64,000 nucleotides of DNA from Mobula hypostoma (GCF_963921235.1 NC_086117.1:41230001-41294000), one strand, 5' to 3'; shown: positions 1 to 12,079, counted from the stretch's first letter. Translations and numbers: made by a program. Notes: generated from the letters alone by a model not told the origin.

Positions 1-256
1 CATGCAGTGGTGCAGCGGTAGCCGGGACACACCAAACACATCTTTAAGAAAAAAGTCAAAATAAACAAGCTAATTAATAAGGTGCCGCCTGGCACATAAA
101 TGTCAGCCCAGATCAGAGGTGACTGCCGATTGCGTCACCTCTGATCTGGGCTGACATTTACGTGCCGGGTGGCACCTAATTAATTAGCTTGTTTATTTCG
201 GCTTTTTTCTTAAAGATGTGCTGGGTGCGTCCCAGCTGCTGCTGCACCACTGCATG
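1..256. repeat. Long imperfect palindrome, centre about 128
   Basis: 1-16 CATGCAGTGGTGCAGC is the reverse complement of 241-256. Inner arms GTCAGCCCAGATCAGAGGTGAC / GTCACCTCTGATCTGGGCTGAC. Confidence 0.95.
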
Positions 257-746
257 CTTCGCGGCAATGTATCGGTCCGCAGCCTGGAGGTTAGAGACCA
301 CTGCACCACTCCAACCTCTGATGACTCAGCTTAACACACCATCAGCAGTGTGCTCGCTGTCTTCCCGATTCCAGTAAGTGATACTACACTGTACATACAT
401 TATTTCTACTTTATATAGTCTGTGTATTTTCGTGTGTTATTTGGTATGATTTGGCAGCTTCATAGCTTAAAGGTTACTGGAGAGAGTGTTTCCGCCGAGA
501 GCACTTGCGTGAGATTTTCGCTACGGTGGACAGTGCGGCAATGGTTGTAGAAAAGTATTTCTACTTTATATAGGCTGTGTATTTATCATATCATTCCTGC
601 TTTTACTATATGTTACTGTTATTTTAGATTTTGTGTGTTATTTGGCATGATTTGGTAGGTTATTTTTAGGGTCTGCGAACGCTCACAAATTTTTCCCATA
701 TAATTAAATGGTAATTGCTTCTTCGCTTTACGACATTCCAGCTTAC
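1..746 (+). mobile_element. Partial copy of a non-autonomous Tigger/pogo DNA transposon (same family as 28582-30247, opposite orientation)
   Basis: 1-746 aligns by eye to the reverse complement of about 28630-29410. It includes the long internal palindrome (1-256) and stops just short of the TIR. Confidence 0.85.
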
Positions 747-1184
747 TGCATCATCCATCCTTCATTAACACCAAGTCTAAATTCCTGGACATCCTCCCCA
801 ACTACACCATGGAATACCTTCATGGGTAGGACCACAGAAGGCACTTTTCAACCACTTCTCAATGGCATTTAGAGAAAGATAATAAATGCTAGTGCAAATC
901 CCAGGGATGAATTAAAGAAATTGACTTTTCTCTTTGAACCTATAACAAATAATTCAATTAACGTTCTACGTCTCCTTTTTTTTAGTATAGTATCCCGACC
1001 CCAATCCAACTGACTGATCACAAGGGAACTAGTCCCAGCTAAGTTTAAGTCCCAGTAGAATTGTTTTCTTCTTCCCTTGTTATGTTCAAGTAATCCATAA
1101 TTTAAACCCATGAGACCTACACCATCACTAGCAACATTCAACCCCACGCCAGTCTACATATAGTTCAGATTGGAATTATTATCA

Positions 1185-3230
1185 AAAGTTCTGCCATGTT
1201 CCCAGCAGAATCAGAGACCTTATCACTGATTATTACAGCAACTTCAGGATGAGGGTCTCTTCAGGAGCAATTACATCAACCTAGCACAAGGTGAAGATTG
1301 GCATCATCACAGGGTGCACTATCTCAGTGACACTGTTCTCCCTAGCCATGAACATGCTCACTAAGTCTGCTGAACCAGAGTGCAGAGGGCCCAGAATGAA
1401 ATCCACTCAATGGCAACCACCTGTCAGGGCATTTATGGAATACCTCACAGTCACCACAGAATCAGTCCCAGGCTGCCGGTGGATTCTGCAAGGGCTCGAA
1501 AAGCTGGTGGAGTGGGCCCAGATGCATTTCAAACCAGCCAAATCAAGATCGATGGTGCTGAGGAAAGGGAAGGTGGAGAACAAGTTCCGGTTCAGCATCG
1601 CAGGCACAGCCATCCCAACCATCACAGAAAAGCCAGTCAAGAGCTTAGGCAAAGTTTTCGACAGCTCTTTAAGGGACACAACATCCATTCAGGCAACCTG
1701 CACCAAGCTGGATGGCTGGCTGAAATCTGTGGACAAATCTGGCCTACCGGGGAAGTTTAAAGCCTGTATCAGCATGGCATTCTTCCCAGTATCCTGTGGC
1801 CCTTCCTTGTCTATGCAGTTCCGATCTCGACAGTCGAAACCTTAGAGAGGAGGATTAGCAACCACCTCAGGAGATGGCTGGGGCTGCCAAAGAGCCTGAG
1901 CAGTATCGCACTCTATGGACACCACAACAAACTGCAACTGCCCTTCAAATCCTTGGAGGAAGAATTCAAGGTAACAAGAGCCAGAGAAGTGCTACAGTAT
2001 AGGGACTCAAGTGACCTGAAGGTGGCTAGAGCAGGGATCCAAGTGAGGACTGACAGGAAGTGGAGGGCAGAGGAAGCTTTTCCGGAAGCAGAGGCGAGGC
2101 TGCGTCACAGGAGGCTGGTGGGAGTGGTCACACGAGGCCGAGCTGGGCTAGGATCCTTTCCAACTCCCCAAATGGACACCAGAGGGAAGGAAAGGCATCG
2201 TACAGTTCAGGAGGAGGTGAGAGCAGTAGTGGAGGAGACGAGAGCCTAGAAGGCGGTGGGAATGAAGCAACAGGGAGCTTGGACAAGATGGGAGAATGCG
2301 GTTGAGAGGAAAGTGACCTGGGCTGATCTTTGGAAAGCCGAACCACTCCGCATCCAATTTCTCATCCAGGCAATGTACGATGTGCTTCCAAGCCCATCAA
2401 ACCTGCACACGTGGGGCAAGGCAGAGTCATCTGCGTGCCCACTCTGTTCCAAGCGAGGAACCCTGGAGCACATGCTCAGCGGCTGCGCAAGGGCACTTGG
2501 TGAGGGACGGTACAGGTGGAGGCATCATCAGGTCCTGAAGACCATCGCTGAAGCCGTCAGCGCAGGAGGTGAGTGGGCGAAGTGGTCCCGACCCTCCAAG
2601 CAGACCATTGCCTTTGTCAGAGCTGGGGAGCAGCCAATACCTGCCAAAAGAACACCTGCAGGCATCCTGACCTTGCAAGGGACTGGCAGCTGTTGGTGGA
2701 CCTCGAACGGCAGCTAAGTTCCCCAATCATATCGCAGCCACCACCCTGCGACCAGACATTGTCCTAGTGTCTGAGTCTACTAAGCAAGTGGTGCTGCTGG
2801 AGCTGACAGTCCCATGGGAAGATAGCTTGGAAGAGGCCTTTGAAAGGAAGCTCTCCAAGTACTCAGGACTGGTCAGCAACTGTCAGCAGGCTGGATGGAG
2901 AGCGAGGTGTCTCCCAGTGGAGGTTGGTTGTAGGGGATTCACAGCCCGTTCCTTAGTTAGAGCCTTGAGCAATTTGGGCATCGAGGGAGAGAGGAAGAGG
3001 AGAGCCATCCGCAGTACCACCGATGCGGCAGAGAGGGCCTCAAGATGGCTGTGGCTCAAAAGAGGGGAGCCATGGAGTCATAAGTAGCTAGCCATCCGGA
3101 CACAAGGTGGGGTCTGATCAGCCCCGGCTGGGTCACCTGGAGGAGGGTGTATGATGTTGAAAGATCCAAAACACCCAATGATTCCAGGAACATCACTGAA
3201 GATGTGTCCAGAAGCATCAGTAGATGTATA
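1185..3230 (+). mobile_element. 5'-truncated HERO-like non-LTR retrotransposon (RT, CCHC knuckle, restriction-like endonuclease), inactivated
   Basis: Frameshifted ORFs 1291-1845, 1953-2249, 2256-2717 and 2767-3087. RT region GCTIS...AFMEYLT (catalytic DD mutated), CPLC...H...C knuckle, RPDIVL...LLELTVPWE...K endonuclease motif, structured 3' UTR. Confidence 0.8.
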
Positions 3231-4839
3231 TACACAGAACTTTCACCCTGGGTCAAACTCTCCCAACAGAACCAAGTTCTGTGACAGTAGTTCACTCATG
3301 ACCTGTAACATTTTGATCTTCACCTCTCCACTTCAAGCCGTTCTCCATACACAATCCTGTCTTTAACCCTGACACACAGCCTTATGGATCCCAGTCCCAG
3401 CCACAGAGAACTTATCCATCACTCTACTATCCAACAGTAATTTGTTCCTTTTTACTCGTCCTCCCTCACCACTTACTTACACAGCGACTGCGTCAGATTG
3501 CCTGCATCCGAATGATCCACACACATTCAAAAACAAGGCTCATTCTTGTCTGCACCCTGATATTCCTGGCTACTGTCTAAGTGGTGCAAGTGTCTTCAGA
3601 TCAAGTTGTGCACGTAACACTACACTTCCCTGCACCCCATATCACTTTCTAGGCTATGATATGATCCCAGCAACGACAATGAACATTAAACCACCATTTT
3701 CCAGACTGTTGCTAATCTCATGGCTCTTCAACCTGTTCTTTTTCCACTCCTCTCCTTGATGATTTTAATCTTGATCAACACTTCAATCGGCGCGGAGTAA
3801 CGGAGTCTATCATGCACTCGTGTTCTGCCATAAGGAATCGACACAGAATCTCATCCCGCCAAATCCCCCAGGAGATCGCAGTAGCACCAGATAGTTCAGT
3901 CAGCCCAAAAATACATTCTTAAAAGTGAAATTACAGGCTACAATCAATTGCAGTTCCGAAGTATATTTAGCAGCAGTATATCCAGTAGTTTTGTAAGCCA
4001 TCTGCAAAATGTCGCCATTGGTCACTACAGCTATCTTGCCAGAGAAGTTCCAAATGCAGGACATAAAGTGAAGGACTACCCCACAGAACTCATTTGTTTC
4101 TACCCCAGTTTGACGGTCAGCTGTGCAGACCAACCCGTGAACAGGAAATTTTTACTGGGCCTAAAAACAGCACAGCACTTTAAATGACTTTTGCTGTAAT
4201 ATTTATACTTAGAATCAAAATTTTTAAAATCGCATTTTGATTTTATAAATTGAAGGTATAATGAAATACAGTACAAAGAAAATCTTTCATATTTCATAAA
4301 CTTTTTCTAACTGCATCCAATTCCAGCTAAACGGCAACAAGGGCTACATGCGTGGGAGCATTTCAGTTGCTGTGCGGCTACGCACCTGGAAGCGAAGACT
4401 GGAAGATAATTAGTAGTTCAATATTCACTAGACTATTCATAACATAAAACTCAAAACAAATTATAACATGTGACACATAACGTATCATTACTCCAATGAT
4501 AATCCCTGCTCCAAAGTGATGAACAATATAAATATAGAGTAAGGCTCTGACAATCTGTTGTTCTATTGATCTGATATCTGGCTCACCAGAGCCCCATTTC
4601 TCACAATCCCTTTAAACTCACTACATGTGTTTCCTATGCTACCTTTAAATTCACCGTGCTCAATGGCAACTTTTATTACTGTGTAACATAAAGAGATGAA
4701 TTAGAAGTGTGTTGATATATTAATAGGAGTAAAGTTCAGTTAATAAGAGTAATGTAAAATTGTCCAGAAAATGTGCCAATCCAGTACCAAAATCTCAAAG
4801 CTGCTAAATTAGCTGAGCTTTACCATGAAATGGTATGAG

Positions 4840-5880
4840 CAAGTCATAGAGCACTATGGTACAGAAACACAGCCTTCAACCCATCTAGTCCATGCCAACT
4901 ATTGCACATCCTCGTCCCATCTTCCCAGGCACATGGACCATAGCCCTCCATACCACTCCCATCCATGTACTTATCCAAACTTCTCTTAAAGGTTGCAATC
5001 AAAGCCCCACCCATCACTTTCGTTCGCAGCTCGTTCCGCACTCACATCACCCAGAGTGAAGAGGTTCCCCTTAGATATTACACCTTTCACCCTTAACTTG
5101 TGACCTCTTAACTTGTCTCACCCAACCTCAGTGAAAAGAGCCTGCTTATATTTACCATATTTAATACCCCTGATAATTTTGTACATCTTCATCAAATCTC
5201 CCCTCATGCTCCGAAGTTCCAGGGAATACAGTCCTAACCTATTCAACCTTTCCCTATAACTCAGGTCCTCAAGACCTGGCAACATCCTTGTAAATTTTCC
5301 CTGTACTCTTTCAATCTTACTGATAACTTTCTGTAGGTAGGTGAGCAGAGCTGTACATAATACTCCAAATTCGGCCTCATCAACATCTTATACAACTTCA
5401 ACTTAACATCCCAACTCCTATACTTAACATTCTGATTTTTGAAGGTCAATGTGCCAAATCTTCTCCTTATGTCACTATTTCTCTGTGACGATACTTTCAC
5501 GGAATTATTGATCTGTATTTCCAAATCCCTCCGTCCTACCACACCCTGTGCCCTATTGCTTACTGTCTATGTCCTGCCCTGGCTTGTCCTACCAAAGTAC
5601 AATTTTCTGAATTAAATTCCAATTTTCAGCCCACTATTCCAACGGGTCTAAATCCCACTGCAAACCTTGATAGCCTTCCTCACTGTCCACTATTACATCC
5701 CCAACCTAGGTGTTGTCGAAGTGCTGATCCAGTTTAACACATAAATCATCCAAATCATTAATATAGATGGCAAAACAACAAAGGAACCAGCACCAGTCGC
5801 TGCTGCGCACCATTAGTCACAGGCCTCCAGTCAGAGGCAACCATCCACTGGCACTCTGGCTTCTCCGGCTAAGCCAACAT
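4840..5880 (-). mobile_element. CR1 LINE 3' fragment, degenerate
   Basis: Minus ORFs 5261-5542 (LYKMLMRPNLEYYVQLCSP) and 4844-5041 (TFKRSLDKYMD) match the CR1 ORF2 C-terminus. Confidence 0.85.
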
Positions 5881-6700
5881 TAAATTCAATTTTTATACTT
5901 TATAGTCACCAAACAATTGATACTAGAGCGTACAATCATCACAGCGATATTTGATTCTGCGCTTCGCGCTCCCTGGGAGTACAAATCGATAGTAAATATT
6001 AAAAATTTAAATTATAAATCATAAATAGAAAATAGAAAAGGGAAAGTAAGGTAGTGCAAAAAAACCGAGAGGCTTTACCACTTTACTACTGAGAGAATTT
6101 ACTACTTCATCTCACAATTGCCACACAAGGTTACAGAAATAGCTTCATACGTTATGAAATTTCTATTAATCATACTGAACAAACTGTCTGCTAAAAATTG
6201 GTCCCAAAAATTTTGCATCTACTGATCAACTACAAGCATTACAAAACAAGGCAACACTGTAAACAGAACTAATACAATAAACCTGATCAACTCCTTTGGA
6301 TCGGGACTACAGAGCGTCGTGGGAGCTGAATTGTGAAGGAAGGCAGTTTTTTTTTTAAAACTTCGAGTGCAAGAAGGGCGAGACTGCGCAGGCACGTGAC
6401 ATCAGCAGGACCGCGCGGAGAGTTAAAAAAGGCGACTACCCTATACAGCGGGCAGCGGAGTGAGCGGTAGCAGAGTGTAGGGCTTTGGCTTCAACGGACT
6501 TCGGCGATAAACGGGAAGAGGCGAGAGCGAAGCACCAACTCTTTTTTCTCTCCCCCCCGCCACCCCTTTCGCAAATCGGCCCGGACAGACAGGAACAGCA
6601 GGGCTCTCACAGCTAACGGTTTAAAAAGTTTGTCTGTTTGGCGAGGTAAGTGGGTGAGTAGACTTATTTTTCCTGTTTCATTTGTGTAGAATTAGATAGC

Positions 6701-7636
6701 ATGCCTGCAGGGTTAGTGCTTTGTTCAGGGTGTCAGATGTGGGAATCCTGGGAGACTTCCAGCCTCCCTGATGGCCACATCTGCGCCAGGTGCACCGAGA
6801 TGCAGCTCCTCAGAGACCGTGTTAGGGATCTGGAGCTGCAGCTTGATGACCTACTGCTTATCAGGGAAAGTGAAGAGGTGATAGACAGGAGCTACAGGGA
6901 GGTAGTCATCCCTAGGCTACAGGAGTCAGAACACTGGGTCACTGTCAAGAGAGGGAAGGGAAATGCCCGGATAGTGGAGAGCACCCCTGTGGCTGTCCCC
7001 CTCAGCAACAAGTATCTTGTTCTGGATGCTGTTGAGGGGGATGACCTGACGGGGGACGCCCACGGTGACCGGGTCTCTGGCACTGAGCCTGGTGCTGTTG
7101 TGCAGGACAGAAGGAGGGTGAAGAGAAATGCGGTAGTCGTGGGGGATTCCATAGTCAGGGGAACAGGCAGGAGATTCTGTGAGCCTGACAGAGATACCCG
7201 CATGGTGTGTTGCCTCCCAGGTGCCAAAGTACGGGATGTCTCGGATCGGGTCCTGAATATTCTAAAGGGGGAGGGTGAGCAGCCAGTTGTCTTGGTACAT
7301 GTTGGTACCAATGACATAGATAGGACAAAGGAGGAGGTCCTGAAGAGAGATTTCCAGGAGTTAGGAAGGAAGCTGAGAAGCAGGACCTTCAGGGTAGTAA
7401 TCTCGGGATTGCTACCTGTGCCACGTGCTAGCGAGGGCAAGAGTAGTCGGATCAGGCAGATGAATGCCTGGCTGACAGACTGGTGTAGGGGGCAGGGCTT
7501 CAGATTCTTGGATAATTGGGATCTCTTCTGGGGGAAGTATGACCTGTTCAAAAAGGACAGGTTACACCTGAACCCGAAGGGGACCAATATCCTGGCGGGA
7601 AAGTTTAATAGAGCTGTTAGGGAGGGTTTAAACTAA
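6701..7636 (+). CDS. CR1 ORF1p: zinc finger/coiled coil plus SGNH (GDSL) esterase
   Basis: CSGC...CARC zinc finger, heptad leucine repeats, and GDSI...HVGTND...DRLH esterase motifs. Uninterrupted 311 aa from an ATG. Confidence 0.9.
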   Translation: MPAGLVLCSGCQMWESWETSSLPDGHICARCTEMQLLRDRVRDLELQLDDLLLIRESEEVIDRSYREVVIPRLQESEHWVTVKRGKGNARIVESTPVAVPLSNKYLVLDAVEGDDLTGDAHGDRVSGTEPGAVVQDRRRVKRNAVVVGDSIVRGTGRRFCEPDRDTRMVCCLPGAKVRDVSDRVLNILKGEGEQPVVLVHVGTNDIDRTKEEVLKRDFQELGRKLRSRTFRVVISGLLPVPRASEGKSSRIRQMNAWLTDWCRGQGFRFLDNWDLFWGKYDLFKKDRLHLNPKGTNILAGKFNRAVREGLN

Positions 7637-7740
7637 TTTGGCAGGGGAATGGGAACCGGAATGATAGAGCAGAGGAGGGGGAAAACAGAAATAAATCTAA
7701 GATAGTGAGCAGTAAAGATGTCACGAAAGACAGGCAGGTG

Positions 7741-10612
7741 ATGGGGCAAATGTGTAGCCATTGGGATGAGTTGCAGTGCAATAAAGTTGCAGTGAAATCA
7801 AAGCAAAAAAGTATCAAATACTGGTCTTAAGGTGTTGTACTTAAATGCACGCAGCATAAGAAATAAGGTGGATGATCTTGTTGTACAGCTACAGATTGGC
7901 AGATATGATATTGTGGCCATCACTGAGACCTGGCTAAAGGATGCACGTCTCTGGGAGCTGAACGTCCAAGGATACACGGTGTATCGGAAGGATAGGAAGG
8001 GGGAGGCATGGCTTTATTGGTAAGAAATGATATTAAATCATTAGAAAGAGGTGATATAGGATCGGAAGCTGCAGAATCTTTATGGGTTGAGCTAAGGAAT
8101 AGCAGGGGTAAAAGGACCCTGATGGCAGTTATTTATAGGCCTCCAAACAGCTGCAGGGATGTGGACTACAAATTACAACTGGAAATAGAAAAGGCTTGTC
8201 AGAAGAGCAGTGTTATGATAATTGTGGGGGATTTTAACATGCGAGTAGATTGGAAAAATCAGGTCGGCACTGGATCTCAAGAGAGAGAATTTGTAGAATG
8301 TCTGCGAGATGGCTTTTTAGAACAGCTTGTTGTTGAGCCCACCAGGGGATCGGCTGTACTGGACTGGGTATTGTGTAATGAACCGAAGGTGATTGGAGAG
8401 ATTGAGGTGAAGGAACCCTTAGGAGGCAGTGATCATAACATGATTGAGTTCACTGTGAAATTAGAAAAAGAGAAGCCGAAATCTGATGTGTCGGTGTTTC
8501 AGTGGAGTAAAGGAAACTACAGTGGCATGAGAGAGGAACTGGCCAAAGTTGACTGGAAAGAGACACTGGCGGGAAAGACGGCAGAGCAGCAGTGGCTGGA
8601 GTTTATGCGAGAAATGAGGAATGTGCAAGACAGGTATATTCCAAAAAAGAAGAAACTTTCGAGAGGAAAAAAGGATGCAACCGTGGTTGACAAGAGAAGT
8701 CAAAGCCAAAGTTAAAGATAAGGAGAGGGCATACAAGGAAGCAAAAATTAGTGGGAAGACAGAGGATTGGGAAGTCTTTAAAACCTTACAAAAGGAAACC
8801 AAGAAGGTCATTAAGAGAGAAAAGATTAACTATGAAAGGAAACTAGCAAATAATATCAAAGAGGATACTAAAAGCTTTTTCAAGTATATAAAGAGTAAAA
8901 GACAGGTGAGAGTAGATATAGGACCGATAGAAAATGATACTGGAGAAATTGTAATGGGAGATGAGGAGATGGCAGAGGAACTGAACAAGTATTTTGCATC
9001 AGTCTTCACTGAGGAAGACAGCAGGATACCGGACGCTCAAGGGTGGCAGGGAAAAGAAGTGTGCGCAGTCACAATTACGACAGAGAAAGTACTCAGGAAG
9101 CTGAATAGGCTAAAGGGCGATAAACCTCCTGGACCAGTTGGAATGCACCCTTGTGTTCTGAAGGAAGTAGCTGTGGAGATTGCGGAGGCATTAGCGATGA
9201 TCTTTCAAAAGTCGATAGATTCTGGCATGGTTCCGGAAGACTGGAAGATTGCAAATGTCACTCCGCTATTTAAGAAGGGGGCAAGGAAGCAAAAAGGAAA
9301 TTATAGACCTGTTAGATTGACGTCAGTGGTTGGGAAGTTGTTGGAGTCGATTGTCAAGGATGAGGTTACAGAGTACCTGGAGGCATATGACAAGATAGGC
9401 AGAACTCAGCATGGATTCCTTAAAGGAAAATCCTGCCTGACAAACCTATTACAATTTCTTGAGGAAATTACCAGTAGGCTAGACAAGGGAGATGCAGTGG
9501 ATGTTGTATATTTGGATTTTCAGAAGGCCTTTGACAAGGTGCCACACATGAGGCTACTTAACAAGATAAGAGCCCATGGAATTACGGGAAAGTTACATAC
9601 GTGGATAGAGCGTTGGCTGATTGGCAGGAAACAGAGAGTGGGAATAAAGGGATCCTATTCTGGTTGGCTGCCGGTTACCAGTGGTGTTCCGCAGGGATCA
9701 GTGTTGGGGCCGCTTCTTTTTACATTGCACATCAACGATTTGGATTATGGAATAGATGGCTTTGTGGCTAAGTTTGCTGATGATACGAAGATAGGTGGAG
9801 GGGCCGGTAGTGCTGAGGAAACAGAGAGTCTGCAGAGAGAATTGGATAGATTGGAAGAATGGGCAGAGAAGTGGCAAATGAAGTACAATGTTGGAAAGTG
9901 TATGGTTATGCACTTCGGCAGAAAAAATAAACAGGCAGACTATTATTTAAATGGGGAAAGAATTCAAAGTTTTGAGATGCAACGGGACTTGGGAGTCCTC
10001 ATACAGGATTCCCTTAAAGTTAACCTCCAGGTTGAGTCAGTAGTGAAGAAGGCGAATGCAATGTTGGCATTCATTTCTAGAGGAATAGAGTATAGAAGCA
10101 GGGATGTGATGTTGAGGCTCTATAAGGCGCTGGTGAGACCTCACTTGGAGTACTGTGGGCAGTTTTGGTCTCCTTATTTAAGAAAGGATGTGGTGGTGTT
10201 GGAGAGGGTACAGAGAAGATTCACTAGAATGATTCTGGGAATGAGAGGGTTAACATATGAGGAACGTTTGTCCGCTCTTGGTCTGTATTCCTTGGAGTTC
10301 AGAAGAATGAGGGGAGACCTCATAGAAACATATCGAATGTTGAAAGGCATGGACAGAGTGGATGTGGCAAAGTTGTTTCCCATGATGGGGGAGTCTAGTA
10401 CGAGAGGGCATGACTTAAGGATTGAGGGGCGCCCTTTCAGAACAGAAATGCGAAGAAATTTTTTTAGTCAGAGGGTGGTGAATCTATGGAATTTGTTGCC
10501 ACGGGTAGCAGTGGAGGCCAAGTCATTGGGTGTATCTAAGGCAGAGATTGATAGGTATCTGAGTAGCCAGGGCATCAAAGGTTATGGTAAGAAGGCGGGG
10601 CAGTGGGACTAA
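7741..10612 (+). pseudogene. CR1 ORF2 (APE endonuclease + reverse transcriptase), frameshifted
   Basis: Motifs LYLNARSI, ITETWL, GDFN, SDHN, YLDFQKAFDKV, SGVPQGSVLGP, FADD. Breaks near 7806 (A run), about 8000 (short deletion) and about 8668 (A run); 8621-10612 is open for 663 aa. Confidence 0.9.
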
Positions 10613-11551
10613 ATAGGATAAAATGGATCAGCTCATGATAAAATGGCAGAGCAGACTCGATGGGCCGAATGGCCTACTTCTGCTCCTTTGTCTTATGATT
10701 TTATGGTCTAACTCATCAATTATTGAATACACAAATGCCATTTAACCTACTTAGCCAAAAATGTAGCTGCTATATGGCATTTCTTTTTTAAATGGCAGGA
10801 AATACAAAGAACTCAGCAACAGAACAAATTGTGCACTTTGAACTTTGGATACAAACACTCCTAGAACCTTATCAGTTCACATGTTCCGAGACGTTCTATT
10901 GAAAAAGCACTTTCTTCTACCATCTGAGATGTAAGCAAATGCAGCAGATGTCAAACCGTGGCACGTACCTGTGTGCCAAACTAGCTATGATTTCAATTGT
11001 ATGCTGCGTAATCAGACTGTTAATCTGCCTTTTAGATTAAGAGACCCTTAACCTGCTAACGCAAAGCAGCTCCAAACTTTTGGATGTCAATTGTTGTGAA
11101 TTTTTGCTCCACTGTACCTATGTGAACTTGCAGCGATAACGATGCCCAACACAGCATAGAAATGCTCCTTTACAGACGGGGTACGTTTAGATACAAGTGC
11201 ACACTAATGAGTGAGGGCGCTGACATCAAGGAACACATACAAGAACAAAAATTACTGGTAATTATTACACAGTCCCCAAACCTGTTTTACTATTTGACAA
11301 GTTCACAGCTGATCTGAATCTAAGGGCTCCACATTTCCAACAGCGCGCCGCAACCTTCCATTCCCTTGTTTATCATCAATTTGGCGATTTACTTTGGGCT
11401 CCTAGGTCCCTGTCCCTTCCCCTTCCCTTCTCCCCAGCCGGCTCCGGCTCAGGCTCCGGCGCCCCACCTGCCCCTTTTCCCCGGCCCCTCTTCCCAAAGT
11501 TTGTCCTCAAGCTCCATCTGCTTTATAAACACAAGCGGGACGGCCCATCAC

Positions 11552-11600
11552 CTGGGTCGAGCATCATCTCCTGATCGGGCGGTACGATGTCCGTATCCAT
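11552..11600 (-). CDS. Candidate first coding exon (MDTDIVPPDQEMMLDP+G) of the divergent gene; PNPLA7 expected from human synteny only
   Basis: Strong Kozak context GCGGTCATGG and donor CAG|GTGATG at 11552/11551. In human, PNPLA7 is head-to-head with MRPL41. The peptide itself is not recognisable. Confidence 0.4.
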
Positions 11601-11799
11601 GACCGCTGCCGCTGCCCCTCCCGCCGGGCTGAACCCGTTGCCAGTCCCGCTGACCCAATACTGCCCGTTGTTGTGCCGTGTAGCCAGTCGCCTCCCTGAT
11701 AGGTCCGTTCCCAGGGCAGCGGCAGCAAGAGCTACTCTGATTGGACGCTCGCGAGAAAACCAATGACGGGGGCTGTTGTTTGCCGGGGCGGGTTGCAGT

Positions 11800-11870
11800 C
11801 GGAAGGAGCGTGGAGGAAATCTGATCGGCTGCCGGTGAGGGGGCAAAGAGCCGGGGTACGGGGCGAGGTA
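11800..11870 (+). other. MRPL41: Probable non-coding exon 1 of MRPL41 (limits uncertain)
   Basis: Lies downstream of the promoter motifs. Candidate donors CCG|GTGAGG (about 11834) and GAG|GTACTG (about 11867). The coding exon has its own acceptor at 16144/16145. Confidence 0.5.
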
Positions 11871-12079
11871 CTGGTTGAAGGTCAAAGGGTTGAGGAGTGG
11901 TGCGGGCAGTAGGCCAAAAGGCTGATAAAAAGGAGGGAACAAGAAAGGGCCTGGATGAGAGGGCCGCAGCGGTGGGACCCTCGAAATGAGAAATGACCAG
12001 GCTCCTGCCTTTGAGAGAGGTTGTTGGACGGGCTCCCAGACAGTGAGTGGTGGTTCGAGGCAGGGAGACCCTTAAGTTG

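Larger units (their letters stand above)
6294..10709 (+). mobile_element. Full-length, young CR1 LINE (5'UTR, ORF1, ORF2, 3' tail)
   Basis: GC-rich 5'UTR, intact ORF1, APE+RT ORF2 with three frameshifts, 3' end ...TCTTATGATTTTATGGTCT. Candidate TSD AACTC at 6289-6293 and 10710-10714. Confidence 0.93.
11340..11990. promoter_or_regulatory. Bidirectional CpG-island promoter (MRPL41 and a divergent minus-strand gene)
   Basis: High GC and CpG. ATTGG 11740-11744, CTCGCGAG 11748-11755, CCAAT 11760-11764, GC box about 11786, CGGAAG 11800-11805. Splice donors point outward on both strands. Confidence 0.85.

Noticed and set aside
3140-3205. Hammerhead-like look of the HERO 3' UTR
   Set aside because: The CUGANGA and GAAA cores are not present in the required arrangement; reported only as a stem-loop.
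6892-7587. 231-aa antisense ORF
   Set aside because: Shadow frame of CR1 ORF1 with no independent signal.
11523-11942. 139-aa minus ORF and overlapping ORFs in the CpG island
   Set aside because: Non-ATG start, spans the promoter, typical GC-rich open frame; only 11552-11600 has exon signals.
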